A stretch of 63,868 bases of DNA, filler included, from Octopus bimaculoides (GCF_001194135.2; 6 parts of 6 records of this genome joined end to end with filler, not necessarily neighbours in it); one strand, 5' to 3'. Shown: positions 26,901 through 40,847, numbered from the whole stretch's first letter. Program-made: numbers and translations. Notes: generated by a model not told the origin, from the sequence alone.

Positions 26901-28314
26901 TAATAAGGCCGAAGTCCCCCTTGGTACGTGCTATATTCAGTGGAGAGTAACATACAAAATCAGCCTCGGTGGAAATTGAGCTCTGAACACAAAGATGGGC
27001 GAAATGACATTCAGCATTTTTCCCTGCGTGCCAACGATTCTGCTTGCTCACCGCCCACTCCTTCAGAAAATATTAAACATACAAGGAGTAAAGCACGATA
27101 TCAACTTCAGATGTGATATTAGTTTTCTATTTTGTCACAAGGCGAACACATTACGTGTAATATTAATAACTGTTTAGGTTGTTCATTTCGCATTTATTAT
27201 TTCGACACTGTTTGAACACGAGTACAAAAAAAAACTGCTTGGAGAAATTTAAATTTCTTTCCTTTGATAAATAAACATCTGGAAATTCAAAATTTAATAA
27301 ACGTATTGAAGTATTTTATAATAACACAGTTTATTGAAATAAAAACATTTCTGCGTAATTCCAATCAACTTTTTTATTATGGCCACCAAGCATTATCAAA
27401 TATTCTGTTTCATGTTATTATCACCACCACCGTTTTGAACGCCTTAAGTATGTAGGCTCTTGAAGATGCTGAATGCAAGTCGAGATTTCTACTCCAGGTT
27501 GAACCCAATCCAATTTGGAAGACATCATCATATATGTCATCGACAGTTCGGAAGAGATAATTCCTGTACAGCTGTACATTTATCGTAAGTTGGATTTTTT
27601 AAAAAATATGATACAAAATTATACACGATCTATTCAGAACACTATCAAAATGAATATGTCATTTCTTTTAGATGAGTTATTTTAATCATTACATATCTAC
27701 TTGCAAATTGAATTCAGTTTTATTAATTTTTCCCTTCCCTCGTAAAAAATAAAATAAAAATATTTAAAAACATAAACGGAAAAATGGAGAATTAATTGTA
27801 TTTTTATTTTCAATTTTCATTATGCCATTTTATAAAATATGAAACAACAAAACATGAAACAATACTGCGTAGGAAGTAAAAACTAATGATATGTTCATTG
27901 CTTATACCACAAAAATATGAATTTCAATATCGGCAACTATCACGCTGGCTTATTATAATATTGCTTTTCTTTATTTTTGTATTTTTATTTTGCTGATGAT
28001 ATTTTATTGGATCGTCCTCCCTAAAGGGACGTTTTCGTTCCGCAGGTTGCAATTGCAGTGAAGAGTATTTTAGTTTCAAATTTTGGAACAAGGCCAGCAA
28101 TTTCGGGGGAGTTGGACAGCCGGGGGCATCAATCCTGATCTGCAGTTGGTATCTGTGTTAACCGACGAAGAACGGATGACAAGAAAAGTTCACCAAAAAA
28201 ATTTGAAATCAGGCATAAAGCGGACGAAGTGCAGCTAAGCATTTTGCCTGGTGCGCTAAAGATTCTGCCAAAATGCCACCTTAGTTTCAATGATGACTAT
28301 TAGGAGGATATTAA

Positions 28315-30621
28315 CCCTTCGTGGGCCGGCGGGGTTCGAATTACACAAGGAGTCATTGGTGTCCCGAGGAACCGCTTTTATTTTTGCGGATTTCCGCACT
28401 ATCCATAAAGTAATATTTGTTTAATCTTGCACATATGTGTGAGTGCATGATACAGAACAAGAAATTTAGCACTTTATAGGTATATATTTGTAATTATTAG
28501 CGTTTAATGGAGGGGAATTGAAATATTATTTATTGACTGAAAAGACCTTTATTAAAAGAAATCAACATTTTCTATAGATTTAGAAACTATACGTATAACA
28601 CTAAATATAAAATAAAACAAAATTATTTAGTATATCGATTCATACTAGTACACATACGAAGCAAATTGACTTATAGTTCATCAGAACGTGGAACACAATC
28701 ATTACAACAAAAGTTAGGTTAGGCATCACAAAGAGGTTCACTACATACTGTGCATGATTTCTTTGTTTTCTTATCAAACTTTCTTGGATACTTTTTACAA
28801 CTTCTTTTCGATTTTCTTGGGGTTCATGCTGGGATGGTCCTGCTGTTTCGCCACACTCAAAGGCTTCCATGCACACTATAACATGTCTTGGTAGTTTTGT
28901 GTGTTCTGCCAAGAGACGCCGCTGGATTTGCGGTTTGAAAAGTTGTTCAGACAAGTCTGAAAGGAAGTGCCGGCACTTTTGGTGTCCTCTATATGCATCA
29001 AGACCGATTTCCATGAAACAAACAGCAGAATTATATGCTGCGACATCAAGCATCCAATAGCAAATAACTAAAGGTCATGTATTTGCCATGCGTTTACATG
29101 AGTAGTTATTGACTAATTGGTCAATATAACTACACCACCTTTAGTTGCGTTAGAATCTGCAATCATATCTGGTTTGAAAGTTTCACTTTCTTGTATTTTA
29201 TTGTCATAATGCATAGTGCTCAGTTAGATAGCTGCCTCATTTATTTTTGAAACATAACCGCAGATCATAAGATGATGCTCTTTGCTGACGCCGGACTTTG
29301 TTGGCAACATTTGACGACCCCGAGAGACTTGGAATGATGGAGGCATTTCACATTTATCTTTTCTTACGGTTCCTAAGACCGTTACAAGACCAACATCAGT
29401 AAAAAAAAGTTGTCACACGTAATATTTGTACTTGAGTTCAGAATAGTCTTGCTGAGATCTCGAAAACCTCTTTTGGCCAGATGTCGTTCTGGGCCCTTAG
29501 TTCCTTTCCTTATGTATATCTGCGCATTTAGAAGGGAGGCGTTGCTAGTATCAACCATAGACCAAACTTTTATTCCATATTTACTCGGTTTTGATCGCAT
29601 GTACACTTTGAATAAATATTTCCTCTTAAGAGATTCATCAATAGTTATATAAAGAGTTGCTTCGTAATTTATTTGGAATTACTCAATAAACCACTGCCAA
29701 GATTCATATATAGGTGCCAACTTCCCATGTTCACCATTTTTTGGAGCTGCACGTGTGGACATTTCATCAAATATTATGCATCTTTTCAGTTCTTTGAACC
29801 TATTACGACTCATAGGAGCACGATAAATTACTGGGCCTGTCTTTGTGCTAAATAGTTCATCAACTGGCCTAAAGGCATCATTGTCCAATCTAGCTCTGAG
29901 ATGAAGATCTATCCCTACCATTATTTCAATATAATCTGCTTCTTTCCAATTTTCAGCGTAGAGAACTTCCCCTTTTTCATTTGTTGCTTCATCCATGAGA
30001 AAAAAAACCTAAATGTAGTAGAAACGGCATGGAAAGGTACAGGTACATGAACGCCAACAGTTTCACGAAGCACATTTCGATGAATATTTATCCTTACAAA
30101 CCACAGAATTGCCATCATCATGACCAGTTTCGTTGTTATCAGTACTATAGCCATCACTAAAATCCTCATTTGGATTCTTTAACATCTTCATTTACTATTA
30201 TATCAGATATGACACTATTGGAATCACAACCTGGTACTGAAATATCGTATGGTGCATCTGCAATGGCTCTTTTGCCATAGAACATTGAATTAGGGATAGA
30301 CAAATGAAATATATAAATTTGTATTCAGAATATTTGAAAAAAAGAACAGAAAAAAATAATTTCACAGAATATATAAAAAAAACAAGCAGAAAAATGTGAT
30401 TTCAAACAAGGCCAATGGTGTCCAGTTGGACACCAATGTTCATATTCTATGTTATAACATCTTTATAACTGGAAATTTTTAGCTCAAAATTTGTACGTGC
30501 ATACTGAAACTATTGACAATAAAAATCATGAGATATTAAACTATTTAAATAAAAAGTGTAAAAGTTGCATAAATTTTAAAATTTATTTGGATCCTAAGGG
30601 ACCCCGCCAGCTCATAAAGGG
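28315..30621 (-). mobile_element. Complete-ended but decayed piggyBac (PGBD4-like) transposon
   Basis: TTAA at 28311-28314 and 30622-30625. Imperfect TIRs CCCTTCGTGGGCCGGCGGGGT and CCCTTTATGAGCTGGCGGGGT (17/21). Fragments MSRNRFKELKRCIIFD, YMRSKPSKYGIKVW, NITCDNFF, MLDVAAYNS. Confidence 0.9.
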
Positions 30622-33498
30622 TTAAATCAACATGAGAATTATGGGGTACCTATTAAAGAATGACTATGCCATTTTAAATCTGTTAATTAACTAATTGACT
30701 AAGGATTACATTAAACAATCTTTTACTAGGTTCAACCCATATGTTTATAGAGAAGATAATTTTTATAAAATTACAGAGATTTCAATATTCTAACTATCCA
30801 ATTTGAAATAAAAGAGCAGTCAAGTTTGGTGTAATGCAAACCAGGAAAGAAGAAAGTAATTAAATATTAAAAAACAAAACCTTAATCCAATTCATAAGGC
30901 AGTAAACATGGTAACATTTAAAGGATAGTTTGTTTAAAAGACCAGTGAATTGATCTTCCTTCCTCACAGCAGATCGATACACTCAATTTTTGTAACGCAC
31001 ATCACCGTGAGTTTTCAAGGACTTCAGGTTTTTACTGCGAGGGTGTGCAGAAAATGTCCTGGCTTTAATGGTATCTTGAAAGCCCTAGTAGGACTTAGAA
31101 AAACTGAATGACTGCTGCAATAAGTGTGTGAATCAGAGGGGATTCTGTTGAATAAAATAATAATTAACTGATCATCCTGCATTTTCTTTTATCCAAAGCC
31201 AGGAACTTGTCAGCATCCCCTCCGTATACACTTTAAAGATAATGTAGCAGCATACATGTTACTTACGGTCGTCGAGATCTTACACAAAGGAGATAGTGTT
31301 GCTTCTCCTTGTAGATAGAAAAATCACGTAAAGGAACCATTCTTAGCTCAACTGTATAGCATTAACCTTTTCTGCGTTTAGTGGCACAATGGAAATGATT
31401 CAAGAGTTCCATTCTAGTCATTGCATTTATCAATTATTGGTGAGATGCATCTCAGCATAATATTCATGGTTGATGAGGTTACTGATATCCACGCTATAAT
31501 TTTACGCATAATGTTTATTCTTGTTGGCTTGAACTGAGTAGGAGGGATGCTGTTCTTTGGTAGAAGATGTTGCAAGGGTGCTCTAGACTACTCTATATGT
31601 GTAATCCATTGGAGTTAAGCGTTTTGCCTAAGAAGTATTTTGACAGTTTGGGTTTGATGCAACAACGCATTCTACTCTTCCCATGTCCACGTGTTATATT
31701 GCGTGTATTTTCCTTTTATAATTGATGTAATATAAATGTTTTTTTTCTTTGTTTAAGCCGTGTGTGCACAGTATACTGTTGTGGCTTATGATTTTATTTT
31801 GTAGAGATCTTTGGGACCGCTCATCTAGTTTTGATTTGTGTGTTGATCATGTGAAATGCGTATGATTTACTATGTATGATCGTGCAGTATTTTGTTTTGT
31901 TATTTTTCTTTCTTTTCTGTTGTCTTTTCTTTTTCTAGTCCGTTTTGGCCTTCTGTAGGTGTGTTGTGTTTATGTTGTTGGGTTCAGCTCTTAGTGGTAT
32001 ATAGAACTACATTACCGAAAGATTTTTTAAGTGTTTTGGTTACGGCTTCAAGCATTTTCAGCGAACATATAAAGATCCCTTGTCGTGGTATTAATATACT
32101 TTAACATATTAGTTGCAAGCCATTCTAGATAAAACAAAATATGTTCCAGATGAAAATATCCCGTCTTTTCTTCAGCTACATTGATTCTAGGACTACACTA
32201 TTCAATAGATCCTTCCTATTTTAAGCCGTCAATATTGTATTTATGCACAATTGTTTGCTATTTGTAGCTGGTCGAGTTATCACGACAATTCTTTCAGGTT
32301 TACTCCTTGAATCTGATATTTTACAGTACTCACAGAATCGAGGAAGATTGTGGAATTGGTAAGTGCTTACGTAAAATTGTTTGGTTTATTCTAAACGTTT
32401 TCTGTCAACATATGAGATCAAGGAGACAAAGCTTTTCAGGAATCGAAAATTCTATAAATCGAAACTTCGTATCACGAATGATAAAATATTGTACGCTAAC
32501 TTATAAATAATATTATTTGACTCGAAAAACTGGTTCAGCAGCGGTTTTGAATATCGACAGTGTACGACCATCCATGTGTTATATTTCAAAGAATAACAAT
32601 AACATGTTTTGTCTCTGACTGTACACATGCACTCAGAAACATCCCTCGTATTTATAGAATAACAAACAATCCCTAGCCATTAAGTTCATCTCGATATTGA
32701 CTATATTATCAATGAGGTGAATGTAACTAACGTTAGCTTCTTACTCTGGAAGATAATGCATAATTTTTCAAGTAATTATGCATTTGATAAACCGAGGTTA
32801 TGAATATCGGCTTTTTCTCATCCAAATATATGGCACTTATGTAATATATATTGATAAAAATGTTCATACAACACAGTTTTTGAAGACTAAGATGTAAAGA
32901 CCATATTTTGAGCAAAGATATTAATAGTTAGCATAGTTATTGATAAATTGTTCCTGTTATTTTATTATAAATTTCACTTATTTGTGAAAATGAAAGTGAA
33001 ATATTATAACTCAAAATGACCTTTCCGATCAGAAACATTAAATACATTATTAATATCTTATTAAATTATTTTTTAATTATTTAATATCTCTCAAAATGTA
33101 GCATTTTCTTTGGTTTGATCATAGTGAATAAATAATACTTATAAAAGAAGTGTGTATTGTTGTTTCTGGTATCGTTAATTTTAATCAAATAATTCCTTAC
33201 TTTGATTCACCTCATGCTCACATTTTATCTTCTGAAGAAATAAATACGTTTAAAAGATTTACTAAATATAATTTCTCCACCCTGAAGCATAACACAGTTT
33301 AGTATATCTTTCATATCACGTTAGTTTCTTCAATGAGACATACCAAAACATGTAATTGTTCTTTAGATTTGTTGTATTGTAAAACTGGGATAGCTCTGCA
33401 GAAGAGCACGAAGCATCCAAAATCTGAATTTCTGAAAATGCTAACAATCTGATGAATAAGCACTCGCTTCTCATTCAACCCTTTGATCCATTCACTAT

Positions 33499-33825
33499 AG
33501 GAGTGGCTGTGTGGTAAGGAGCTTGCTTCCCAACCTCACGGGTCCGGGTTCTGTCTCACTGTCTAGCACCTTGGGCAAGTGTTTTCTACTATATCCTCGG
33601 GTCGACCAAAGACTTGTGAATGGATTTGGTAGACGGAAACTGAAAGACGCCTGTCGTATATATATTATATATGAGTTTGTGTGTGTGTTTGTCCCCACAC
33701 TATCGCTTTCCAACCGTTGTTGGTGTATTTACGTCCCCGTAACTTAGCGGTTCGGCAAAGGAGACTGATAGAGTAAGTCATAGTGCTCCAGTATAGTCAC
33801 AGTCAAATGACTGAAACAAGTAAAG
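33499..33825 (+). mobile_element. SINE family B copy
   Basis: AGGAGTGGCTGTGTGGTAAG head through GACTGAAACAAGTAAA tail. Confidence 0.8.
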
Positions 33826-33835
33826 TAATAAAAGA

Positions 33836-33877
<42 letters not shown>

Positions 33878-34802
33878 TTAAAATACAGATATGTCTATAA
33901 TAGGACATCTAACTCGCTAGAAAGAGCAGCAAAAAACTCTATACCACAAAAATAGGGATAATTTCGAAAGGGAATGAAAAATAAAAACATTTACCAATCT
34001 ATTTTCCATAGCATGGTTTTAAGCTATTTTAGCAAAATAAACAAATATTTTCCCAGGTCAGCTATCTTCAGCGGAATACCTAGATAGAACATATAAACAC
34101 GAGTCACTACATAGGAAACATGACTTATTCTTATATGCTTAATTTTTTTAAATTTACCGTGCATGTATATATATATGTATGTATGTATATNNNNNNNNNN
34201 NNNNNNNNNNNNNNNNNNNNNNNNNNNNNNNNNNTTAATTAATTAANNNNNNNNNNNNNNNNNNNNNNNNNNNNNNNNNNNNNNNNNNNNTATATATATA
34301 TATATTACTGCATTGCGTTAGTGAATAAGATAACAAAACATTGTGTATGAATATGCTTTTCAATAGTTGTTTTCTACGTGATTCATTTTGTTCATTGTAG
34401 CAAGTGTCTTTCATGTATAACGTAAAGTTGAACAGGATAAATGATTGTATAAAGGTGTGTGCGTGAGTTCGTGTTTGAATGTGCGCGCGTGCGCGCGCAA
34501 ATATGTTTGCTCCTATATATGGTAAAACAGATTTTTAAACTATTAGACTGATACGTAGATAAATAGACACAGATAGATACTCACATACATATATCTATGT
34601 TTCCTTGAATAATATCCGCATGGATGTGTTTCAACTTGGTGGCTGCTTAAATCTTTATGTTCGACCAATATTCTTTTGTTCCATCGCTTGTAATACGGTC
34701 AACTTCGTCTTTGGGTTTTTTTCTTTCTTGTTATCCTGCCCCAGGTAAGATTTTTGTATCAAACCAGAAACTGGTCCACATATATACCTGTACCATTAAA
34801 TA

Positions 34803-36199
34803 TCAGGTCATCCCATATGTTCTATCCAATTTTACCTTTTTTAAAATTGAATGAAATTTAATAGTATTTTAGAATATCTAATGGAATTAAAAATTATTAG
34901 TTTAAATGTACACAAATATGTATATTTAAACTAATTAAATATTATTTTACAGAATAATAGAATTAAAATTTCTTTGATTAAAACCCTTTCTAACATGGAG
35001 GTGTCTAAGTGCTTTATGAGTACAAAAAAGGAAACTCTGCAGCCGAAGCGTCTCGAAACATTCACTCAATTTATGGGAAAGAATGCTTGGATGAAAGAAC
35101 TTGCAGAAGATGGTTTGCAAAATTCAGAAGGGGAGATTGCAGCCTTGAAGATGAAGATCGAACAGGACATCCAGTTGAGTTTGATGATAAGCTCCTTNNN
35201 NNNNNNNNNNNNNNNNNNNNNNNNNNNNNNNNNNNNNNNNNNNNNNNNNNNNNNNNNNNNNNNNNNNNNNNNNNNNNNNNNNNNNNNNNNNNNNNNNNNN
35301 NNNNNNNNNNNNNNNNNNNNNNNNNNNNNNNNNNNNNNNNNNNNNNNNNNNNNNNNNNNNNNNNNNNNNNNNNNNNNNNNNNNNNNNNNNNNNNNNNNNN
35401 NNNNNNNNNNNNNNNNNNNNNNNNNNNNNNNNNNNNNNNNNNNNNNNNNNNNNNNNNNNNNNNNNNNNNNNNNNNNNNNNNNNNNNNNNNNNNNNNNNNN
35501 NNNNNNNNNNNNNNNNNNNNNNNNNNNNNNNNNNNNNNNNNNNNNNNNNNNNNNNNNNNNNNNNNNNNNNNNNNNNNNNNNNNNNNNNNNNNNNNNNNNN
35601 NNNNNNNNNNNNNNNNNNNNNNNNNNNNNNNNNNNNNNNNNNNNNNNNNNNNNNNNNNNNNNNNNNNNNNNNNNNNNNNNNNNNNNNNNNNNNNNNNNNN
35701 NNNNNNNNNNNNNNNNNNNNNNNNNNNNNNNNNNNNNNNNTCTACTGTCAGCAATTAGAGTGTTTGAACTAAGCTTTGAATAAAAAAACCCACTTCAGTG
35801 AATCGAAAAGGAGTGATGTTTCATCAGGATAATGCGCGACCCCACACTGCAAAGATCACATCACAGAAGATCGAAGAGCATGGTTGGGAAAAAATTCCTC
35901 ATCCACCTTATTCTCCCGACCTTGCTCCTTCAGACTACCATTTGTTTCGTAGTTTACAGAATCATTTGGGGGACATAACTTTTGCAAGCTTGGAGGAGGT
36001 CGAAACTGACATTTCAGAGTTCTTCACTTTGAAACCAAAAGAGTTTTACATTGATGGGATTAAAACGCTTGTAAATATATGGAAGGATGTCATAGATAAT
36101 CAGGGAAAGTACATGGATGATTAAATTTCAATTAAATATAACATTTGATCACTTGTTTTCTTTATTCAAAATTCGGTCGGAACTTATGGGATGACTTGA
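34803..36199 (+). mobile_element. mariner (DD34D) transposon, centre hidden by an N gap
   Basis: TA target duplications at 34801-2 and 36200-1. TIRs TCAGGTCATCCCATATGTTC and TCAAGTCATCCCATAAGTTC. HTH region YEYKKGNSAAEASRNI..WFAKFRRG; catalytic region FHQDNARPH and HPPYSPDLAPSDYHLF. Confidence 0.95.
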
Positions 36200-36269
36200 T
36201 ATATAGTTTTACGCTATGTGAGAGATTTTTTTCGATCCACTTGCTCGTATATGATTTAATTTGGTATTT

Positions 36270-36720
36270 TTCAGTGTAAATTTTTTGGTGGTCCAAATGA
36301 GGATTTTAACTCTCATTTCTAGCGGGTAGACACTCATGGGAAGACAATATCTAGAAGACATTCTCTCCCAGTTGTCAATGATGTGGTCGATGTCTTCAGT
36401 CTGGTCTTGCACAGCTTGTCTACATCTCCATTAATGTTGAAATTTCCTGTAACACAGAGCAGCTTGCAAGTTCGAAAATCAATCCCATTGATCAGTTGAG
36501 AAGGCCAAACGTAGGCGTGAGGACATATAATGAAAAGGTGTTGTGGGTAATGTACTTGTAGTAAGCCGAGTGTCCTGATGACCATATTGTGTTTACTCTC
36601 ATGAAGTATTCATTCCTGGTCCTCTCCTTACATATGGACCCATCATATCTGACATTCTCATCTTGTCCAAGATACCTATAATTATCACCTGACTGTAGTG
36701 TTTGTATTGTCAAGCTATTC
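36270..36720 (-). mobile_element. R4/Dong-like non-LTR retrotransposon RT/thumb fragment
   Basis: YRYLGQDE..KERTRNEYFMRVNTIWSS..HNTF..TPTFGLLN pattern. Confidence 0.6.
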
Positions 36721-37469
36721 ATTTTTAGGCTTTCAGAGGAGGGCACAACTTTTCTACGTTTTATTCTCAACAAATGTTTGTTTCTTTTTTCTTTTTTATT
36801 TCATCGATACTTGGCTCATACAGTTTCAGGTCGTCGACAAGGAAAAAATGGAAGATACTTCTGGATCCATTTCTCTGGTCAGTGCTTTGTGAGCAGGTAT
36901 GAAATTAGTTTTAATGAGACGACAAAAAACAACAACGACAGGTTATTTCCCTTGTATGTGCGTGTGTATGTATGTATGTATGTATGTATGTATGTATGTA
37001 TGTATGTATGTATGTATGCATGTATGTATGTATGTATGTATGTATGTATGTATGTATGTATATATATGTATGTATGTATGTATGCATGTATGTATGTATG
37101 TATGTATATATGTATGTATGTACGTATGTATACGTACATATATACGTTTGTGTTATTTTCTGTATCTTTTGTACTCAATGTAAATCTGTTCTGTAAATAT
37201 ATAAATATCTATGTTTATACATAAACGTTCATCTGATGAATATTTTGTTTTTGTTTCTCTATTTATAGAGAGAGAGGGGGAGAGGAGAGAGAGGGAGAGG
37301 GGAGATAGGGGAGAGAGGGGAGGGGAGAGGAGGAGATGGGGAGAGGGGAGAGAGAGAATTGGTATTTCAAAGGGTTAAGATGTGCTGAAGAAGGTAAGAT
37401 TTTTGTATCAAACCAGAAACCGATCCACATATATACCTTTACCGTTAAATATATAGCTTTATGCTATAA

Positions 37470-37760
37470 GAAGAAAGATGGAAGGGATACTGGGAGCTGG
37501 TCACGGATTTGGAAAGACTGTAAATATTTCCACTCATAAAAACGACAAAAAGACCGGACGTAATCTTATGGAACACAGGACAGAGAATTGGAATTTTGCT
37601 AGGGCTGACAGTGCCATGGGAAGAGAACATCGCTAATGCAGAGCAACGGAATGAGAAGAGGTACGAAAAATTAATCGAAGAGTGCAGAGAATAGGGATGG
37701 ACTGTCGAGTATTACCACCTGGCAGTGGGTGCTAGAGGCTTCATTGTGAAGCGCTCTGTC
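37470..37760 (+). mobile_element. HERO/NeSL-type LINE restriction-like endonuclease fragment
   Basis: Translates as RPDVILWN..LGLTVPWEENIANAEQRNEKRYEKL..GW..LAVGARGF, with one stop. Confidence 0.7.
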
Positions 37761-38700
37761 TACTGCCAGCACTTGTGAAAGGGTGAGCTAGGGATGCCTT
37801 GGTTGTTGATGCGCAGACATGCGCTGAGGCTGAGGCATCTGTGGTTCTACCTGGATGGTGAACAGGTGTGCTCTCCGTTCGTTCGGTCGTTACTTCCTGA
37901 GCTTACTAGTTTGAGTGAACTAGGACCTTGGATGAAGTGTAGACTAAAGTTGGGTTCTTGGCAAGCGGAGAGGCAAGCTTCTCTGTCATGCGGGCAACGC
38001 CAGCGGCGTGGGTTCCACCTAGTCTTTCTATAGAGGGTTGGTAGAGGCTTAGTGTGACGACGCCTGGGTGAGACTCTAGGCTTCGATGATGATCATCTAG
38101 CCAGCCTGTTTCGAAGGACATTCGGGCCAAGACCCTTGGATAACTTCCAAGGATCCCTGGCCTGGTAGTGTCACCGAGGAGCCTTACCAGTTCACGATAA
38201 ACTCGCAAGGCATGGTTCCCCTTGCGCACTCACGTGCCTAAGATACGAGCAGGACAGAGAAACCGTTCTACACGCTTCTGCGCAATGCACCAAAATTTCT
38301 GAAATGTGGGTTTACGTTGAACACCTTCAGTCACGGCTGGGAAGAGTCTTCCGGGTCGATTGTAAAGATTGTTCCTCTTTCCTCTTTTAACAAAGAAAGC
38401 AAGGCTTGTTTTCTCACTGAGGTCGCTATGGCGAAAGAATTGGTATGGAAGACCCGCGTGAACGGAATCATGACAGGCATCTTCATCTTTAGCTTTGGAC
38501 TGGTTAATTTCCTCTTGAAGAGGAAAATAAGGGTGGAGAGACAATGCCTGTCACCTGATGTATATCGAAAAGGTGGGAGGCTGTAGCGAGTTTGTTGAGA
38601 ATAAATGAACCCGCATAGTATATCCATAAGTTTATACAAAAGGTTATAGTGGTGGCCCAGGACTTGCGGGGTCGAAGCGAAACCCGTTCCCCACTTCATT
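37760..38700 (-). mobile_element. GC-richer relic with possible tyrosine-recombinase-like motifs
   Basis: FFRHSDL, VKRGKRNN, FLCPARIL resemble the R..SEL, SKTD and LCPV motifs of DIRS/Crypton recombinases. Frames are broken. Confidence 0.3.
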
Positions 38701-38872
38701 GTATGCGTTATTATTTGTTATCATCCGATTTATATAAACTCTTAACTTAAATTTTTAACTATTCCTCTTTTGTAGAATCATTCGTTTTATTGGCCCTTCC
38801 CTCATTTGTATCGTCCCCTCTATGTTTGACCCCCTGAGGGCAATAAAGAAATAGTTGTTACAATCATCTGAA

Positions 38873-39105
38873 ATGGAACTTTCAAAGCGCGATATTCCAG
38901 CAATTTTGCTATTCAACTTCAAAAATGGACGTAAAGCAACCGAAACTGCTTGCGATATCAACGAAATGTTTGGTGAGGAAATGACCAGTTGGTGGTCCGC
39001 TCGAAAATGATTTCAACGATTTCGCAGTGGATACCTGAGCCTTGAAGGTCGTGATCATAGTAGATGCCCGTCTGTCATCGATGACGGTCAACTAAAGACC
39101 GTCAC
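38873..39105 (+). mobile_element. mariner transposase N-terminal (HTH) fragment
   Basis: MELSKRDIPAILLFNFKNGRKATETACDINEMFGE..FQRFRSGYLSLE. Confidence 0.75.
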
Positions 39106-40847
39106 TTCGATGTCACATTCGCTGAAAGCATGCAAAATAACCTGGAAAAGAAAAAAGACCAGTGAAACAAAACTACCTTGGTGGGAAACTTCGAGGTCCC
39201 CACCACCCCTCCCACCTTTCTTTTCTGGAAAAAAGTGGCTTGCGGTGGGCTAGGAGGTCAGATTCGTTGAATGCACCCGAAAAATCTATGAAAAAATAAT
39301 TATTCCACACCGAGGTACGAAATATTTACCGAAAGAATAAAATCATGTACCGATTATACTTGTATTTTAATTAATTCAAATTGATGTACCTCATCTTGAA
39401 AAGTGGCAAAATTTTTGTCGGTTGACATCTGGTATAATTTTAGTAACAAATCAAACAGGTAAGATGCATTAAGAATTTTAATTTTAGTGTTTATCCTTAA
39501 TGTTTTTGCTTTTACACCTGATAATTAAATTTACCTGCCCATAAAAGTGAAACTTACTCAGCAAGATCAGCTAAGATTACGTAACTATAAACCAGTGGTA
39601 TATAAAGCATCCACTGATAAAATTTCAAATCTGTATGTAAAAAATTTACAAAGTTACAAGCAAATATTGTGGACACCCCGCTTGAACCTGAATAACTCAA
39701 AATAATGTGAACTAATAAGCATTACATTTGACAGATTAATATGAAACTAGAGATGTTTTAGGTGTTTTCTTACACAAACACACATAATAAGGCCTCACTC
39801 GGTTGAAACTACTTTGACATCATTCCATAAAATTTGTTTATGGGGAGAAAGATATCGAAAAATATCAATAGATGTGTTAGTGAGAAAGAAACGAGGAGGG
39901 AGGTTTTGGGATGTGCTAGAAACAACAGCTAGATCTCCCTTAGATCATACATTTTCCTCTAAAATAATTAACAAATTGTTTTAAAACCAAAAATCTTTTT
40001 CTCACGGGTTTTAATTAAGTAGTGAAAAAGAAACGGCCAAAATCGTATTGGACTGGGGTGGTGAGGGGTGGCGGAAGAGAAATTCCTTTTTTTTTTCGTG
40101 AAAAGGTGCCTTCCATCATTCTGAAGACTTCAGTGAAAAACATNNNNNNNNNNNNNNNNNNNNNNNNNNNNNNNNNNNNNNNNNNNNNNNNNNNNNNNNN
40201 NNNNNNNNNNNNNNNNNNNNNNNNNNNNNNNNNNNNNNNNNNNNNNNNNNNNNNNNNNNNNNNNNNNNNNNNNNNNNNNNNNNNNNNNNNNNNNNNNNNN
40301 NNNNNNNNNNNNNNNNNNNNNNNNNNNNNNNNNNNNNNNNNNNNNNNNNNNNNNNNNNNNNNNNNNNNNNNNNNNNNNNNNNNNNNNNNNNNNNNNNNNN
40401 NNNNNNNNNNNNNNNNNNNNNNNNNNNNNNNNNNNNNNNNNNNNNNNNNNNNNNNNNNNNNNNNNNNNNNNNNNNNNNNNNNNNNNNNNNNNNNNNNNNN
40501 NNNNNNNNNNNNNNNNNNNNNNNNNNNNNNNNNNNNNNNNNNNNNNNNNNNNNNNNNNNNNNNNNNNNNNNNNNNNNNNNNNNNNNNNNNNNNNNNNNNN
40601 NNNNNNNNNNNNNNNNNNNNNNNNNNNNNNNNNNNNNNNNNNNNNNNNNNNNNNNNNNNNNNNNNNNNNNNNNNNNNNNNNNNNNNNNNNNNNNNNNNNN
40701 NNNNNNNNNNNNNNNNNNNNNNNNNNNNNNNNNNNNNNNNNNNNNNNNNNNNNNNNNNNNNNNNNNNNNNNNNNNNNNNNNNNNNNNNNNNNNNNNNNNN
40801 NNNNNNNNNNNNNNNNNNNNNNNNNNNNNNNNNNNNNNNNNNNNNNN

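Noticed and set aside
27430-27585. Exon-like segment open on both strands; minus strand reads TVDDIYDDVFQIG, similar to SLNNIRMDVFQLG near 34605
   Set aside because: Strand cannot be decided, the similarity is only 13 residues and does not extend, and no partner exon is supported.
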